A DNA stretch of 64,000 bases from an uncultured Candidatus Binatia bacterium (GCA_965214605.1 OZ243961.1:2240001-2304000); one strand, 5' to 3'; shown: positions 10,648-21,369, counted from the first letter of the stretch. Translations and numbers: made by a program. Notes: a model not told the origin generated them from the letters alone.

Positions 10648-10833
10648 TTACTCGTCTGCTGGGGCGTTTTTCAGGGCCTGTATTTTGAAGACAATGACCA
10701 AACCCGCCAGGCCAGTCGCCACCAAACAGCGGACCTCGCTAAGAGGCGCTGGCGAGGCCAGCAGCTCCTGGCCACACACGAAAATCACTATCGCCATCAA
10801 GCCGATCATGAGCCGGTCCCAGAGTTTGCGCAT
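10648..10833 (-). CDS. Small two-TM hypothetical membrane protein
   Basis: 61 aa with two hydrophobic stretches; AGGAGA RBS immediately after the upstream gene's stop. Confidence 0.5.
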   Translation of the reverse strand: MRKLWDRLMIGLMAIVIFVCGQELLASPAPLSEVRCLVATGLAGLVIVFKIQALKNAPADE

Positions 10834-10843
10834 CGCTTGTCTC

Positions 10844-12019
10844 CTAGCGAATCACATCCATCCGGCGGGTCAAATCTTTGGTAATATTTTTCTGATGGGC
10901 CTCTAGCGTTCCGCCCCCAATCTCCAAAAGCTTGGCGTCCCGCCACAAACGTTCGACCACGTATTCGTTAAAATAGCCGTAGCCGCCCAAGACCTGCATG
11001 GCATTGTCGGCCACCTGTTTAGCCATGGTGGTCGCAACGAGCTTGACGCCGTCCGAGTCGATCCGCTGGCCCGGAGTGTCTAAACTCATACGTGTTGCAG
11101 TGTGATACAAATAGGTCCGGGCGGCCATGTACTGGGCGTAGGAATCGGCAATATAGCGCTGGATTTGTCCAAAGGAGTTGATCGGCTCGCCGTAGGCGGT
11201 ACGCTCGCTGGCGTAGCGGGTCATGATTTCGACACACCGCCCGGCAATCCCGGTCGCCATGGCAGCAATCGTGACCCGCTCGATTTCGAGGTTACGCATC
11301 AGGTGCAACAGGCTCTCACCTTCTTGGCCCAGACGGTTCTCAACCGGCACCGCGCAGTCCTCGAACACCAGCTCGGCGGTCATTGAGGCTCGCATCCCGC
11401 TTTTGCCGTGCAGGCGTTGGCCGAGCGAAAAGCCGGGGAAGTCTTTTTCAACCACAAACGAGCTCAGGCCCTGGTCGGTTTTGGCATAGACCAGGAAAAT
11501 ATCGCCCAGCGTTGTATCATCCAGGGCCCCGTTGGTGATAAACATTTTACGGCCGTTCAAATAATAGGTATCCCCGCGCTGGACGGCCTGCGATTTCATA
11601 CCTAGCACATCAGTACCTGCAGACGGCTCGGTCATACACATGCCGCCCACCCACTCGCCCGATATCACTTTATTGAGGTAGCGACGGCGCTGTTCGGCGT
11701 TAGCGTTCCGGCAGAAATTATTCACAAACAGCATAGAATGGGCCAGATAGGCCAAACAAAACCCCGGATCAACAGCCGACAGCTCTTCGTGGGCGATGAC
11801 GGCCGCCACGGCATCCATACCGGCCCCGCCGTAGCTCTCCGGCACCGAGATCCCAAGCAAGCCCAAGTCTCCCAGCCGACGGAAGAGACCGAGGTTAAAG
11901 CGTTCCTGTCTGTCCGATTCGAGAGCCTGGGGTTCGACCTGTTCACGGGCAAAATCGCGCACGGTCTGGCGCAACAAGGCGTGCTCCCCGGTTGGTTGAA
12001 ACAGGCTGTCCGTCTCCAT
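10844..12019 (-). CDS. Acyl-CoA dehydrogenase (isovaleryl-CoA dehydrogenase-like)
   Basis: MTEPSAGTD, GRKMFITNG, LGGYGY and RDAKLLEIGGGT motifs. Confidence 0.92.
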   Translation of the reverse strand: METDSLFQPTGEHALLRQTVRDFAREQVEPQALESDRQERFNLGLFRRLGDLGLLGISVPESYGGAGMDAVAAVIAHEELSAVDPGFCLAYLAHSMLFVNNFCRNANAEQRRRYLNKVISGEWVGGMCMTEPSAGTDVLGMKSQAVQRGDTYYLNGRKMFITNGALDDTTLGDIFLVYAKTDQGLSSFVVEKDFPGFSLGQRLHGKSGMRASMTAELVFEDCAVPVENRLGQEGESLLHLMRNLEIERVTIAAMATGIAGRCVEIMTRYASERTAYGEPINSFGQIQRYIADSYAQYMAARTYLYHTATRMSLDTPGQRIDSDGVKLVATTMAKQVADNAMQVLGGYGYFNEYVVERLWRDAKLLEIGGGTLEAHQKNITKDLTRRMDVIR

Positions 12020-12051
12020 ACCTCAGTCTCCTTAGCGGACGGTAGACGGTC

Positions 12052-13521
12052 CTAGGCCGTCTCAGAAGCCCCATTGGTGTCGGAGAGAAACTGCTGGACC
12101 TGCGACTCGATAGCCGTGCCGGTAAAAAAGGCAGGGTTCATACTCGTCCACAGCCGGACCGGATTGGCAAACACAAATTCGCGAAAATCGTCTTGGCTGA
12201 TCACGCCATCTTCAACCCCTTCATACGCCTCACCCAATACGTCGGTCATATTCGGGACGTCAAAATGGCCGATGTCTGAGCCAAAAACCGCGTTCAGCTT
12301 CACCCCAAACGGATTCACCTTACGATTAAATGCCCAGGCGTTAATCGGATCATCGGCTTCACACCCAAAATAAAAATTTGACACAAACAAATCCCGAATA
12401 TCCTCGGCTCGCTCAATCTGACATCGGGCAAAGTCGTCGAGTTGGTCAGGTTCTTCGGTCAACAGCCCGCGACTGATAGAAGAGCGTAGCTCGCCAGCCT
12501 TCTCCACCACCCCGGCGGAACCATAGCGTTGGATCAGGTCGATTAGCAGTTCATGATTCAGATTAGCCGGATTGACCTCTTCTAAGGCCCCGGGGTTACG
12601 TTTGCTCCAGTGGCCAATCAGATCGCTGTACAGGCCGCACGCCCAGCCGACTCCACCCTCCAGAAAAGACAGACGCAGGGTTGGAAAGCGCCGGGTTACC
12701 CCGTTCATAAAGATGGACTTGCACACGGCTTCACCAGCGGCAGCAAAATGGCCAATGTGATTGTAGACAAAGTTGGAGATCGAGGTCCGCAGCCCGATCC
12801 CCGACGATGCCGAATGAAAGCTGGGCGGAATACCAAGTTCCACACACTTGGCCCACACCGGATCGTAATCGTGCTCGCTATCCAGCCCCAGGGTATCGTG
12901 CCACTGGGCATAGCGACTCGCCTCTGGGACATTTTTTGCCACCGACGGGACTGGCCGACGCTGGAGACTGGCCAGCATGGCCGCCTTGGTGCCAAGGTTC
13001 TTGGCCACAAACTCTAACTCTTCAACCGCCTCTTGAGGCGTATGCATGGGAATAACCGCGGCCGGGGTCAACCGCTCCTCTAGGCCCTTGAACTGATCGG
13101 CTGTATACATGTTAAACGCTCGGCAAGCGGCTCGGCGGACCTCCTCATTCCGCAAAAAGGGGGCGAACAAAGCACCGCCCGTGGGGTACATCACCGAAAA
13201 GTCCAGTCCCAGCTCACCCATCCGTTCGTACAGCAGTTCAGGCAGCATAGCCGTTGCCCGGTCGCGCGTATTCTTGGTCGGCACCCCCCACCAGGCGGGT
13301 TGCAGCATCCGCCGCTCACGGCGCTCTTGTCTGGACATCTGGGCCCACTTTTTATTGCCAAACTGGTTGGCGACTTTTTGGTAGCTCTCAACAATGCGAG
13401 CGCCGCCGACCTGACGCAGATAATCCATGGCCGCAGGTTCAAATTCGATCCAGTGACCGTCAGAGTCAATAACCGGATGACGCAAACGGGCGTGAATAGT
13501 TTCTGGGGAGGGGTATGGCAT
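12052..13521 (-). CDS. Amidohydrolase-2 family protein
   Basis: VIDSDGH metal motif, FLEGGVGW, FGSDIGHFD; start at MPYPSPE with an AAGGAG RBS. Confidence 0.88.
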   Translation of the reverse strand: MPYPSPETIHARLRHPVIDSDGHWIEFEPAAMDYLRQVGGARIVESYQKVANQFGNKKWAQMSRQERRERRMLQPAWWGVPTKNTRDRATAMLPELLYERMGELGLDFSVMYPTGGALFAPFLRNEEVRRAACRAFNMYTADQFKGLEERLTPAAVIPMHTPQEAVEELEFVAKNLGTKAAMLASLQRRPVPSVAKNVPEASRYAQWHDTLGLDSEHDYDPVWAKCVELGIPPSFHSASSGIGLRTSISNFVYNHIGHFAAAGEAVCKSIFMNGVTRRFPTLRLSFLEGGVGWACGLYSDLIGHWSKRNPGALEEVNPANLNHELLIDLIQRYGSAGVVEKAGELRSSISRGLLTEEPDQLDDFARCQIERAEDIRDLFVSNFYFGCEADDPINAWAFNRKVNPFGVKLNAVFGSDIGHFDVPNMTDVLGEAYEGVEDGVISQDDFREFVFANPVRLWTSMNPAFFTGTAIESQVQQFLSDTNGASETA

Positions 13522-13607
13522 AGCTCTCGTCTCCTTTTCCCACGGCGTAGGCCTTGTACGACCCGGCCCACCAGGGCATCCTACTCGGCCCCCCACACAA
13601 TTCCTAG

Positions 13608-13634
13608 ACCCGTCCCAAGTGGCTTGGGACGGGT
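13608..13634. repeat. Perfect 12-bp inverted repeat in the amidohydrolase leader
   Basis: ACCCGTCCCAAG-tgg-CTTGGGACGGGT. Confidence 0.7.
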
Positions 13635-13697
13635 GGGCCGAACGGCGTAACCGTGAATCACGAGCCCTCGGGCGTTCGCCATTCCCCACTGGGCCGC

Positions 13698-14405
13698 TCA
13701 GGAAACCAGGCAGGACTGCACAGGAGCGATCTCTGGATATACTGAGGAGGACAGCCCATATTGGGACAGCGAGTAGTCAAGAACCGGATAGAAAGGGGTA
13801 TGACCAGAGCGAATTTTTCCAGTCCGGTGCAGCACCTGATGGACATACCGCTGCGTTATCTGATACGGACGGTACCCTCGCTCTTTCAGACGAGTTGGTC
13901 CCATATTATAGGCAGCCAGGGCAGTTTCCAGATTATCAAAGTGGGACAGCATGGTTTTGAGATAGCGCAGCCCGCCGTACACCAGAACCGGTAAGGCGTA
14001 TTCGGACCGGGACAGGCCGACTTCCTCCAGGGCAATAGGTCTGATTTGCAGCGGCCCGCGACCACCCCGCGGGCCGAGTTTCATCGGGTTTCGGGCGTCA
14101 CTTTCCTGAATCAGGACCGCAATGGCCAAGGTTTCGTCAAGTTCCAACTCCCGCGCCACGCAGCGAGTATACTGCTCAAGGGTGAGCTGGTTGTCTTCCT
14201 GGGGGATCTTGTCCGTGACCGGCGGTTGCGGAGTCACCCGTATCGCTACGCTCTCGCTCGGCTCTTGCTTTGGCTCTTGCTTCGGAATCAGCGTTGCACT
14301 CATCGGTGGCTGAGGGACGAGGCATACGACGCTCAACAGCACGAGAGCGAGGCAGCCATAACGCCACGCCGAATGGGTCAGAGAGGGGGACGGGACAGCG
14401 TTCAT
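13698..14405 (-). CDS. Lytic transglycosylase (SLT domain) with N-terminal membrane anchor
   Basis: IQES catalytic Glu, GPLQI, ALAAYNMG motifs. Start uncertain (ORF is open to 14501). Confidence 0.85.
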   Translation of the reverse strand: MNAVPSPSLTHSAWRYGCLALVLLSVVCLVPQPPMSATLIPKQEPKQEPSESVAIRVTPQPPVTDKIPQEDNQLTLEQYTRCVARELELDETLAIAVLIQESDARNPMKLGPRGGRGPLQIRPIALEEVGLSRSEYALPVLVYGGLRYLKTMLSHFDNLETALAAYNMGPTRLKERGYRPYQITQRYVHQVLHRTGKIRSGHTPFYPVLDYSLSQYGLSSSVYPEIAPVQSCLVS

Positions 14406-14604
14406 ACCAACACATTTCTCCTTACGGGCGCAGCTTTTCCTAAACACGTGCAATTCAACAATAGGCGGGGTTGGGGGGACAGACAGGTTGGTCCGTGTCA
14501 CTCCTCAGAAGCGATGAGAGGCGGGGCCGTTATGCCACCTGAATTGATTCGCAGGAATAAGTCTCCTAGCATAGGAAATACAAGTCTTGCACAGGAGATC
14601 CGAT

Positions 14605-17600
14605 ATGGCGGCATCTCAATACCCACAGTCCGCAGCGGCAGATACCCGGCTTGACCAACTCGCTGAGCGGGCGATTTCTCTGGCTGCCCATCTTCTTGTC
14701 AGCGCCAAGCAGCAGCAGAACACCCGAGAGTTCGCCCATAATGTCAAAATTGCGCGCATGATGAAAGACCCCTTGGGCAAAGCCTCGACCATAGCTCTGG
14801 CCGACCAAGCCTTCCGGAGCCGTAATCCGGCTCGGATTGCGGACCAGCTCAAGCACCTCATCAAGCAGCATGGGGTGCCGCACTACTTCGCCGTGTGGGA
14901 ACAGGCCGGCCTGTACTTAGTCGGCTTGATGGCCACCTATATGCCCCAGGTGATCGTACCCTGGGTTGTAGCCAAGCTGCGCCACGAAACGCATGATGTG
15001 ATTCTCCCAGCCGAAGAGCAAGAGCTGCAGACCTATCTAAGCCGGCGCTCTCGCGCTGGCATCCGCCTCAACCTCAACCAGTTGGGGGAAGCTGTTCTTG
15101 GCGAACACGAAGCCCAACGCCGCCTGCGCGCGTATCTCTCTCTGTTAGAGCGTGACGATGTCGAATATATTTCGGTCAAGATTTCATCCATTGTCAGCCA
15201 AATTAGTCTCATCGCTTTTGATCAGACTCTGGCCGCTATCGCGAACCGTTTGCGTGACCTGTATCGGATGGCCATGACGCATCACTACATCACGCAGAGT
15301 GGGCGGCGGGTTGCCAAATTTGTCAATCTGGACATGGAAGAATACCGCGACCTGCACCTAACCCTGGCAGCCTTTCGGCAGGTACTGAGCGAGGAGGAGT
15401 TCCTCAACTACAGCGCCGGCATTGTGCTGCAAGCTTATCTGCCCGACTCGTATCCGCTCCAGCAAGAGCTGACCCAATGGGCTCAACAGCGGGTGAGGCG
15501 AGGCGGAGCGCCGATCAAGCTGCGCATTGTCAAGGGAGCCAATTTGGCCATGGAACGTCTTGAGGCCGCCCGGCACGGCTGGGAGCAGGCCCCCTATCCC
15601 ACCAAGCTTGAGGTTGATGCCAACTACAAACGGATGGTCCACTACGGCTGCCAACCGGCCCACGCAGAGGCGGTGAGGCTTGGCATTGCCAGCCACAACT
15701 TGTTCGATATTGCCTATGGCCTGCTGCTGCGAGATCACTACGGCGTTGTGGCCGAGGTCGAGTTCGAGATGCTCGAAGGCATGGCCAACCATCAGGCCCG
15801 AGCGGTCCAAAATGAAGCAGGTGGGCTGCTGCTCTACGCCCCGGTCGTCAAACAGCAGGATTTCCACAGTGCGATTGCCTATCTGGTGCGCCGTCTAGAT
15901 GAAAACACCGCGTCCCAAAACTTTCTGCACGACGCGTTTGGACTTGCGCCGGGCAGCCCCGAGTGGGAGCGGCAAAAGACCGCTTTCCTAGACGCCGTCC
16001 GTGCTCAGAACAGCGTCTCAGTTGGACCGCGTCGGACGCAAGACCGGACGGCCGCCTTGCGGCCCTTGCCACCCGACGCTCCTTTTATGAATACGCCCGA
16101 TACCGACTGGTCGCTGCGTCGTAATCAGCGCTGGGTAGCGGATATTGTTGCCCGCTGGAGTCAGCGTGTACCCGAACCGATTCGGCTCCAAATCGGGGGC
16201 GTGTTCATTGCGGATTCGTTCTCCGGGCAGGGGAAGGACCCCTCTCGCCCGCAGGACATCGCCTACCGCTACGCTCAGGCAAACCATGAACACGTGACAA
16301 AGGCTCTGGACAGCGCGCAGCACGCCCAGACAGACTGGGCCTCGCGCCCGATTTCAGAACGCAAGGAACTCCTTGAGCGGTGTGCCCAGGTCTTGGCTCG
16401 GGAGCGCGGTGAGTTGATCGGAGCGCTCATGCTAGACGGAGGGAAAGCCGCCGCCGAGGCCGATGGGGAAGTCTCTGAGGCAATCGATTTTGCCAACTAC
16501 TACGCCCGGTGTCTTGACGGCGTGGAAACCGAACTGACCGACTGTGCCTTCGCGCCGTTGGGGACCGTCCTGGTTACGCCCCCCTGGAATTTTCCGCTGG
16601 CGATTCCGTGTGGGGGCGTCTTAGCCGCTCTCATGGCAGGCAATACGGCCATCTTGAAACCCGCCCCGGAGACCGTCCTCGTCGGTTGGCAGCTGTGTAG
16701 CACCCTCTGGGAAGCGGGCATTCCAAAAGCTGTCCTGCAGTTTGTACCAACTCGTGAGGATGCGGCCGGCAAAGCCTTAATCATTGATGAGCGGGTCCAT
16801 GGAGTTATCCTGACCGGGGCGTATGCCACCGGCTGTCTGTTTCAGTCCTGGAGACCCGCTCTCAGACTTATGGCCGAAACTAGCGGCAAAAACAGTCTAA
16901 TCATCACGGCCTTAGCCGATCGCGATCAAGCCATCAAAGATCTGGTCCACTCTGCCTTCAGCCATGCTGGACAGAAATGCTCGGCGATCAGCCTAGCGGT
17001 GTTGGAGGCCGAGGTATACGACGATCCAAGCTTCCTCCGCCAGCTTCGGGATGCCGCGGCCAGCCTCGAGGTAGGCTCGGTCTGGGATGTGGCAAGTACG
17101 ATCACCCCGCTGATTCGGGAGCCCGGACCCGAGCTCCGGCGAGCCCAGACACGGCTGGACGACAGAGAGTCGTGGCTCTTAGAACCCCACCTCGTGAACG
17201 CGAACTCTCAGCTGTGGTCGCCCGGAATCAAGCTAGGCGTTCAACCCGGATCCTTTTTTCACACCACAGAATGCTTTGGTCCTGTGCTGGGGTTGATGCG
17301 GGCAAAAGACCTGGAGCACGCCATCTCGATTGTCAATGCCTCTGAGTTTGGCCTGACCAGTGGTATCCACAGTTTGGACGATCGAGAAACGACACACTGG
17401 CAAGAGCGGATCGAGGTCGGCAACGCCTATATCAATCGTCCAACCACAGGAGCGCTCGTTCGCCGTCAGCCTTTTGGCGGCTGGAAAAAGTCGGTTTTCG
17501 GGGGCGGTGCCAAGGCGGGAGGACCAAATTATGTCCTGAGCTTGGGTCGTTGGACCCAAGCTCAGCTACCGCTTCGGCAGCGGGAACCTCTTCCTGCGAC

Positions 17601-18189
17601 CAGCGCTCTCTTGCATGACCTGATCGCCCTAGGTCAGGCCCAAGGTTTTCTGACTGATGAGGAGGTCGCCTTGTTACAGGCCAGTGCCGGAAACTATACC
17701 TACGCATGGCAAACCCACTTTAGTCAGGCTCACGATCCGAGTCAGGTCTTGGGTGAACGCAACATCTTTCGCTATCGAACGCTTCAACAGATGCTGTTTC
17801 GCATCGAAGCGAACGATCCGTGGCATGCGATCGGACAGATTCTGCTTGCGGCCGCCATCTGCCAGACTCGGGTCGCGCTCAGTATTGATCCTCGGGCTCC
17901 GAGCCTCACTCCGCTCCTTACGCTCAATCCAGGAAAGCTTTTCGCTGAGTGTGGGACAAGGTTCAGGCAAAGTCTGCCACAATCCAAGGCAGAACGGCTG
18001 CGCGTCTTATCGCCCGTCCCCCAATCTATCCATGAGGCGGCCAACACCGCCCATATACCGATTATCGACGAACCGGTTCTGGCCAATGGACGTCTCGAAC
18101 TGCGCCACTATCTCCGGGAGCAGACGCTATCTCACACGACCCACCGGTATGGGAATATTTTTCCAGAGCCGAGGACAGAAGAAGTGTAA
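14605..18189 (+). CDS. putA: Bifunctional proline dehydrogenase / P5C dehydrogenase PutA
   Basis: NLDMEEY, RIVKGAN, ASHNLFD, YLVRRLDEN (PRODH); PPWNFP, AGQKCSA, ECFGPV, QPFGG (ALDH). Confidence 0.96.
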   Translation: MAASQYPQSAAADTRLDQLAERAISLAAHLLVSAKQQQNTREFAHNVKIARMMKDPLGKASTIALADQAFRSRNPARIADQLKHLIKQHGVPHYFAVWEQAGLYLVGLMATYMPQVIVPWVVAKLRHETHDVILPAEEQELQTYLSRRSRAGIRLNLNQLGEAVLGEHEAQRRLRAYLSLLERDDVEYISVKISSIVSQISLIAFDQTLAAIANRLRDLYRMAMTHHYITQSGRRVAKFVNLDMEEYRDLHLTLAAFRQVLSEEEFLNYSAGIVLQAYLPDSYPLQQELTQWAQQRVRRGGAPIKLRIVKGANLAMERLEAARHGWEQAPYPTKLEVDANYKRMVHYGCQPAHAEAVRLGIASHNLFDIAYGLLLRDHYGVVAEVEFEMLEGMANHQARAVQNEAGGLLLYAPVVKQQDFHSAIAYLVRRLDENTASQNFLHDAFGLAPGSPEWERQKTAFLDAVRAQNSVSVGPRRTQDRTAALRPLPPDAPFMNTPDTDWSLRRNQRWVADIVARWSQRVPEPIRLQIGGVFIADSFSGQGKDPSRPQDIAYRYAQANHEHVTKALDSAQHAQTDWASRPISERKELLERCAQVLARERGELIGALMLDGGKAAAEADGEVSEAIDFANYYARCLDGVETELTDCAFAPLGTVLVTPPWNFPLAIPCGGVLAALMAGNTAILKPAPETVLVGWQLCSTLWEAGIPKAVLQFVPTREDAAGKALIIDERVHGVILTGAYATGCLFQSWRPALRLMAETSGKNSLIITALADRDQAIKDLVHSAFSHAGQKCSAISLAVLEAEVYDDPSFLRQLRDAAASLEVGSVWDVASTITPLIREPGPELRRAQTRLDDRESWLLEPHLVNANSQLWSPGIKLGVQPGSFFHTTECFGPVLGLMRAKDLEHAISIVNASEFGLTSGIHSLDDRETTHWQERIEVGNAYINRPTTGALVRRQPFGGWKKSVFGGGAKAGGPNYVLSLGRWTQAQLPLRQREPLPATSALLHDLIALGQAQGFLTDEEVALLQASAGNYTYAWQTHFSQAHDPSQVLGERNIFRYRTLQQMLFRIEANDPWHAIGQILLAAAICQTRVALSIDPRAPSLTPLLTLNPGKLFAECGTRFRQSLPQSKAERLRVLSPVPQSIHEAANTAHIPIIDEPVLANGRLELRHYLREQTLSHTTHRYGNIFPEPRTEEV

Positions 18190-18273
18190 CAGCACTCCTC
18201 AGCCGCTTTGACAACGAGGCGTGTTTGGCCGCATCTCTCGAAGCGAGCGAGACAGCCCGAACTTTTCACCGCT

Positions 18274-19992
18274 TCACTCTTCAGCCAAAGCAAAGACCCA
18301 CAACACGCCCCCCTGAGGAACGTGGACCGTATGGCCAAAGACTTTGTCAAGCAGTTCCTGCTTGCGCTGGGCATCCACGCCCCAACCGGACTGAACGGCG
18401 ATATACTGCACCCCGTCAATCGCATAACTACTCGGCACACCGGTCACACCCGAATTGGTCCGCTGCCGCCACACCACCCGGCCGGTTGTGGCGTCAAAGG
18501 CACGAAAGTAGCGGTCGTTGGTTCCGCCCGAGAACACCAAGCCCCCGCCGGTGGTCAGCACCGGCCCCCAGTTATGGTACTGGAAAGTTGCCGTCCAGAC
18601 CTTCTCGCTGGTGTTCATATCCCAGGCTTGCAGCTCACCAATATGATCTTTAGCGTCCTCATGCAGGAGGATTTCGATGTCGGAGATCTTCAGACCAATG
18701 AACAGATCGCCCGGCCGGTAGGTGGCTGGCTCGCCCTGCATGGCGCCACACAGATTTTCGTTGGCCGGGATGTACACATAGCCGGTCTTGGGATTATAGG
18801 CCGATGGAGGCCAGTCTTTACCGCCCCAGACCGAGGGACAGAACTCAGCCCGCTTGCCGATATCGGGAATTTTGTCTGGATCATACTCGGGTCGGCCGGT
18901 CTTGGGGTCAAGCCGTGTGAAAACGTTTTGGCGGACAAACGGTCGACCATCGACAAAGGTGATTTTGTCGGCGCTGCGCTCCAACAGCCACAAATACCCA
19001 TCGCGCCCGGCGTGGACCAATCCCTTAAAGGTTCTGCCGTCCCGCTGCACGTCGAGCAAGAGCGGAGCAGAGACCTCGTCCCAATCCCAGGAACCGTTCC
19101 AGTGATACTGGTGATAGCCCTTGAGTTCGCCACTGTCGGCATCCAGGGCGATGACAGAGGTGGCGTACAGATTATCGCCGGGACGGGCGCTTCCCATAAA
19201 CGGCCCGCCGTTGCCCGTCCCCCAGTAGGTCAAATTCGTTTCAGGGTCATAACTACCAGTGATCCAGATCGGCACCCCGCCCGTCTTCCAGCTGTCCCCG
19301 GCCCAGGTGTCGTGGCCGGGCTCGCCAGGCCCCGGAATGGTATAGGTTTTCCACACCGACTCACCCGTCTCGGCGTCGAACGCCTGAATAAAACCCCGAA
19401 TGCCCATCTCACCGCCGGACACGCCAACGACAACCTTGCCCTTCACAATCAGGGGGGCCAGAGTCATGTAATAGCCGACCAGATAATTCTCGACCTCGGT
19501 CTCCCACACCACGGCGCCGGTCTTGGCGTCGAGCGCGACCAAATAGGCATCAACCGTGGCCACATACACCTTGTCCCCATACAGGCCAACACCCCGGTTG
19601 GTTGGGTGCAGCTGGAACACATCCTCGGGCAGCTCTCGACGATAGCGCCAGATCAGATCACCTTTCTTGGCGTCCAAGGCCAGCACCTGGTTCTGCGGGG
19701 TGGTGATAAACATCACCCCATTGTTGACAATAGGTGGCGCCTGATGGCCTTCATCGACCCCGGTCGAAAAGGTCCACACCGGCACCAGCTTCTTTACATT
19801 CTGGGGCGTGATCTGATCCAGTGGGCTATAGCCCCAGCCGTTGTAGGTCGCCCGGTACATCAGCCAGTTTTCCGGCTCGGGCTTGAGCAGACGCTCATCG
19901 GTGACCGGGCTGTAGTTCATAGCCTGGGCAGAGGCAAAGCCGGGGAACAATCCGAGGACCAGCAGAGTGAGCAGAACTATCGTTGTGAACAT
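18274..19992 (-). CDS. PQQ-dependent dehydrogenase, methanol/ethanol family, secreted
   Basis: Signal peptide, YSPLDQITPQNV, Trp-docking repeats, GGEMGIRG, WGTGNG, WDWDE. Confidence 0.93.
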   Translation of the reverse strand: MFTTIVLLTLLVLGLFPGFASAQAMNYSPVTDERLLKPEPENWLMYRATYNGWGYSPLDQITPQNVKKLVPVWTFSTGVDEGHQAPPIVNNGVMFITTPQNQVLALDAKKGDLIWRYRRELPEDVFQLHPTNRGVGLYGDKVYVATVDAYLVALDAKTGAVVWETEVENYLVGYYMTLAPLIVKGKVVVGVSGGEMGIRGFIQAFDAETGESVWKTYTIPGPGEPGHDTWAGDSWKTGGVPIWITGSYDPETNLTYWGTGNGGPFMGSARPGDNLYATSVIALDADSGELKGYHQYHWNGSWDWDEVSAPLLLDVQRDGRTFKGLVHAGRDGYLWLLERSADKITFVDGRPFVRQNVFTRLDPKTGRPEYDPDKIPDIGKRAEFCPSVWGGKDWPPSAYNPKTGYVYIPANENLCGAMQGEPATYRPGDLFIGLKISDIEILLHEDAKDHIGELQAWDMNTSEKVWTATFQYHNWGPVLTTGGGLVFSGGTNDRYFRAFDATTGRVVWRQRTNSGVTGVPSSYAIDGVQYIAVQSGWGVDAQRKQELLDKVFGHTVHVPQGGVLWVFALAEE

Positions 19993-20070
19993 ACCGATTT
20001 CCTTACTTTAGTCTGGCCGCCGACTCTCCCACTTCCCTCTCGGTGATAATCCGACGTCTGTTTCTCTCCC

Positions 20071-21369
20071 TTACGCTGCCCGTTTGAACTCGATATGGAG
20101 TTCCTTGAGCGCTCGTAGGGCGAAGTTGGGAGCGACAGTGAAGTCGTTCTTGCCCGGTGCAAACCACATCTCGTCAACGCGGTCTAGCAGCGCCTTGAAG
20201 GCCCAGTATAGCTCCCGTCGGGCAAGCGGTGCCCCTAGGCAGTGATGGACACCGGATCCAAACGCCAAATGCCGACCGGACTTATCGCGCTCCAGATCCA
20301 GCTTCGCAGGGCACTCGAACTCCCGCTCGTCGCGGTTACCAGCGGCGTATCGGAGGTTGAGCATGGCCCCCTTGGGGATGGGGACACCGCGCAATTCGGT
20401 GTCTTTGGCGGCAGTGCGGAACAAGCCCTGCACGGGGCTCTCCAGGCGCAGCACCTCCTCGACGAAGGTGCGTAAGTACGTGTCCGGCTCCGCCTTAAGC
20501 ATCCGCCAGGCTTGCGGGTTCTCAATGAGCAGCTTCACGCCAAAACCGATGGCATTGGTGGAAGTCTCAGAGCCGCCGACAAAGGTATCCGCCATCATTT
20601 CGGCGTGCAGTTCGTTGTCGGTCAGCGGCCGCCCCCACTCGGGGACGGGGCGGTTGACCAGCTCGGACAACAGCGTATCGTCCGGCTCCCTGCGCAACCG
20701 CTCGAAGATGGGCTGAAAGTAGTGTTGCGCCTCTATTTCCATCTCTACCGACCATTTTTCTTCTTGCTCGGTCTGCATCATGCCGAGGCGTTGCACCCAG
20801 GCGTCCGTCCAGGCTTTGATTTTCCAGATGTCGGCTTCGGGCACACCCATTTGGCGGCCGATGACGATCAGGGGCAACGGCACGGCTAGCTGCTTTACCC
20901 AGTCGCAGTAGCCATCGTCGATGAACGCGTCGAGCAGCTTGTAGGCGGTTGCCTGAACAAAAGGGTCCATTTCGTTGATCTTCCTGGGGCGGAACGCTTC
21001 GTTGAAGATGGCCCGCATCTGCCTGTGGTTCGGGTCGTCACGGCCGGCTAGTGTCTGCGCAGGGACCCAGCCGTTTTCCTCGTACAGCTTCAGCATTCGC
21101 TCGGCGCGCTGCGGGTCGATGCGATTACGCCCACCCCCCTGGCCACCGCGCATGCTATTAACGAAGCGTTCGGGGTCAAGCAAGATGTCGTGCAAATCCT
21201 CGAAACGGGTGATGATATAGAACCCGGTCAGCGGGTCTTTCCACACCGGCATTTCGTCACGCAGCTTTTCGTAGGCGTGATACGGGCAGTTCTGCAAGTC
21301 CACATCCAGTAGGTTGATATCGTCGAGGGATTCCGGCACGACCGGCCGGTAGGGCGTTTTTGCGGTCAT
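20071..21369 (-). CDS. Cytochrome P450
   Basis: GGSETS I-helix, EEVLR (ExxR), FGSGVHHCLG haem-ligand motif. Confidence 0.96.
   Translation of the reverse strand: MTAKTPYRPVVPESLDDINLLDVDLQNCPYHAYEKLRDEMPVWKDPLTGFYIITRFEDLHDILLDPERFVNSMRGGQGGGRNRIDPQRAERMLKLYEENGWVPAQTLAGRDDPNHRQMRAIFNEAFRPRKINEMDPFVQATAYKLLDAFIDDGYCDWVKQLAVPLPLIVIGRQMGVPEADIWKIKAWTDAWVQRLGMMQTEQEEKWSVEMEIEAQHYFQPIFERLRREPDDTLLSELVNRPVPEWGRPLTDNELHAEMMADTFVGGSETSTNAIGFGVKLLIENPQAWRMLKAEPDTYLRTFVEEVLRLESPVQGLFRTAAKDTELRGVPIPKGAMLNLRYAAGNRDEREFECPAKLDLERDKSGRHLAFGSGVHHCLGAPLARRELYWAFKALLDRVDEMWFAPGKNDFTVAPNFALRALKELHIEFKRAA

Noticed and set aside
18208-20046. 612-aa plus-strand ORF
   Set aside because: Antisense shadow of the PQQ dehydrogenase; no motifs.
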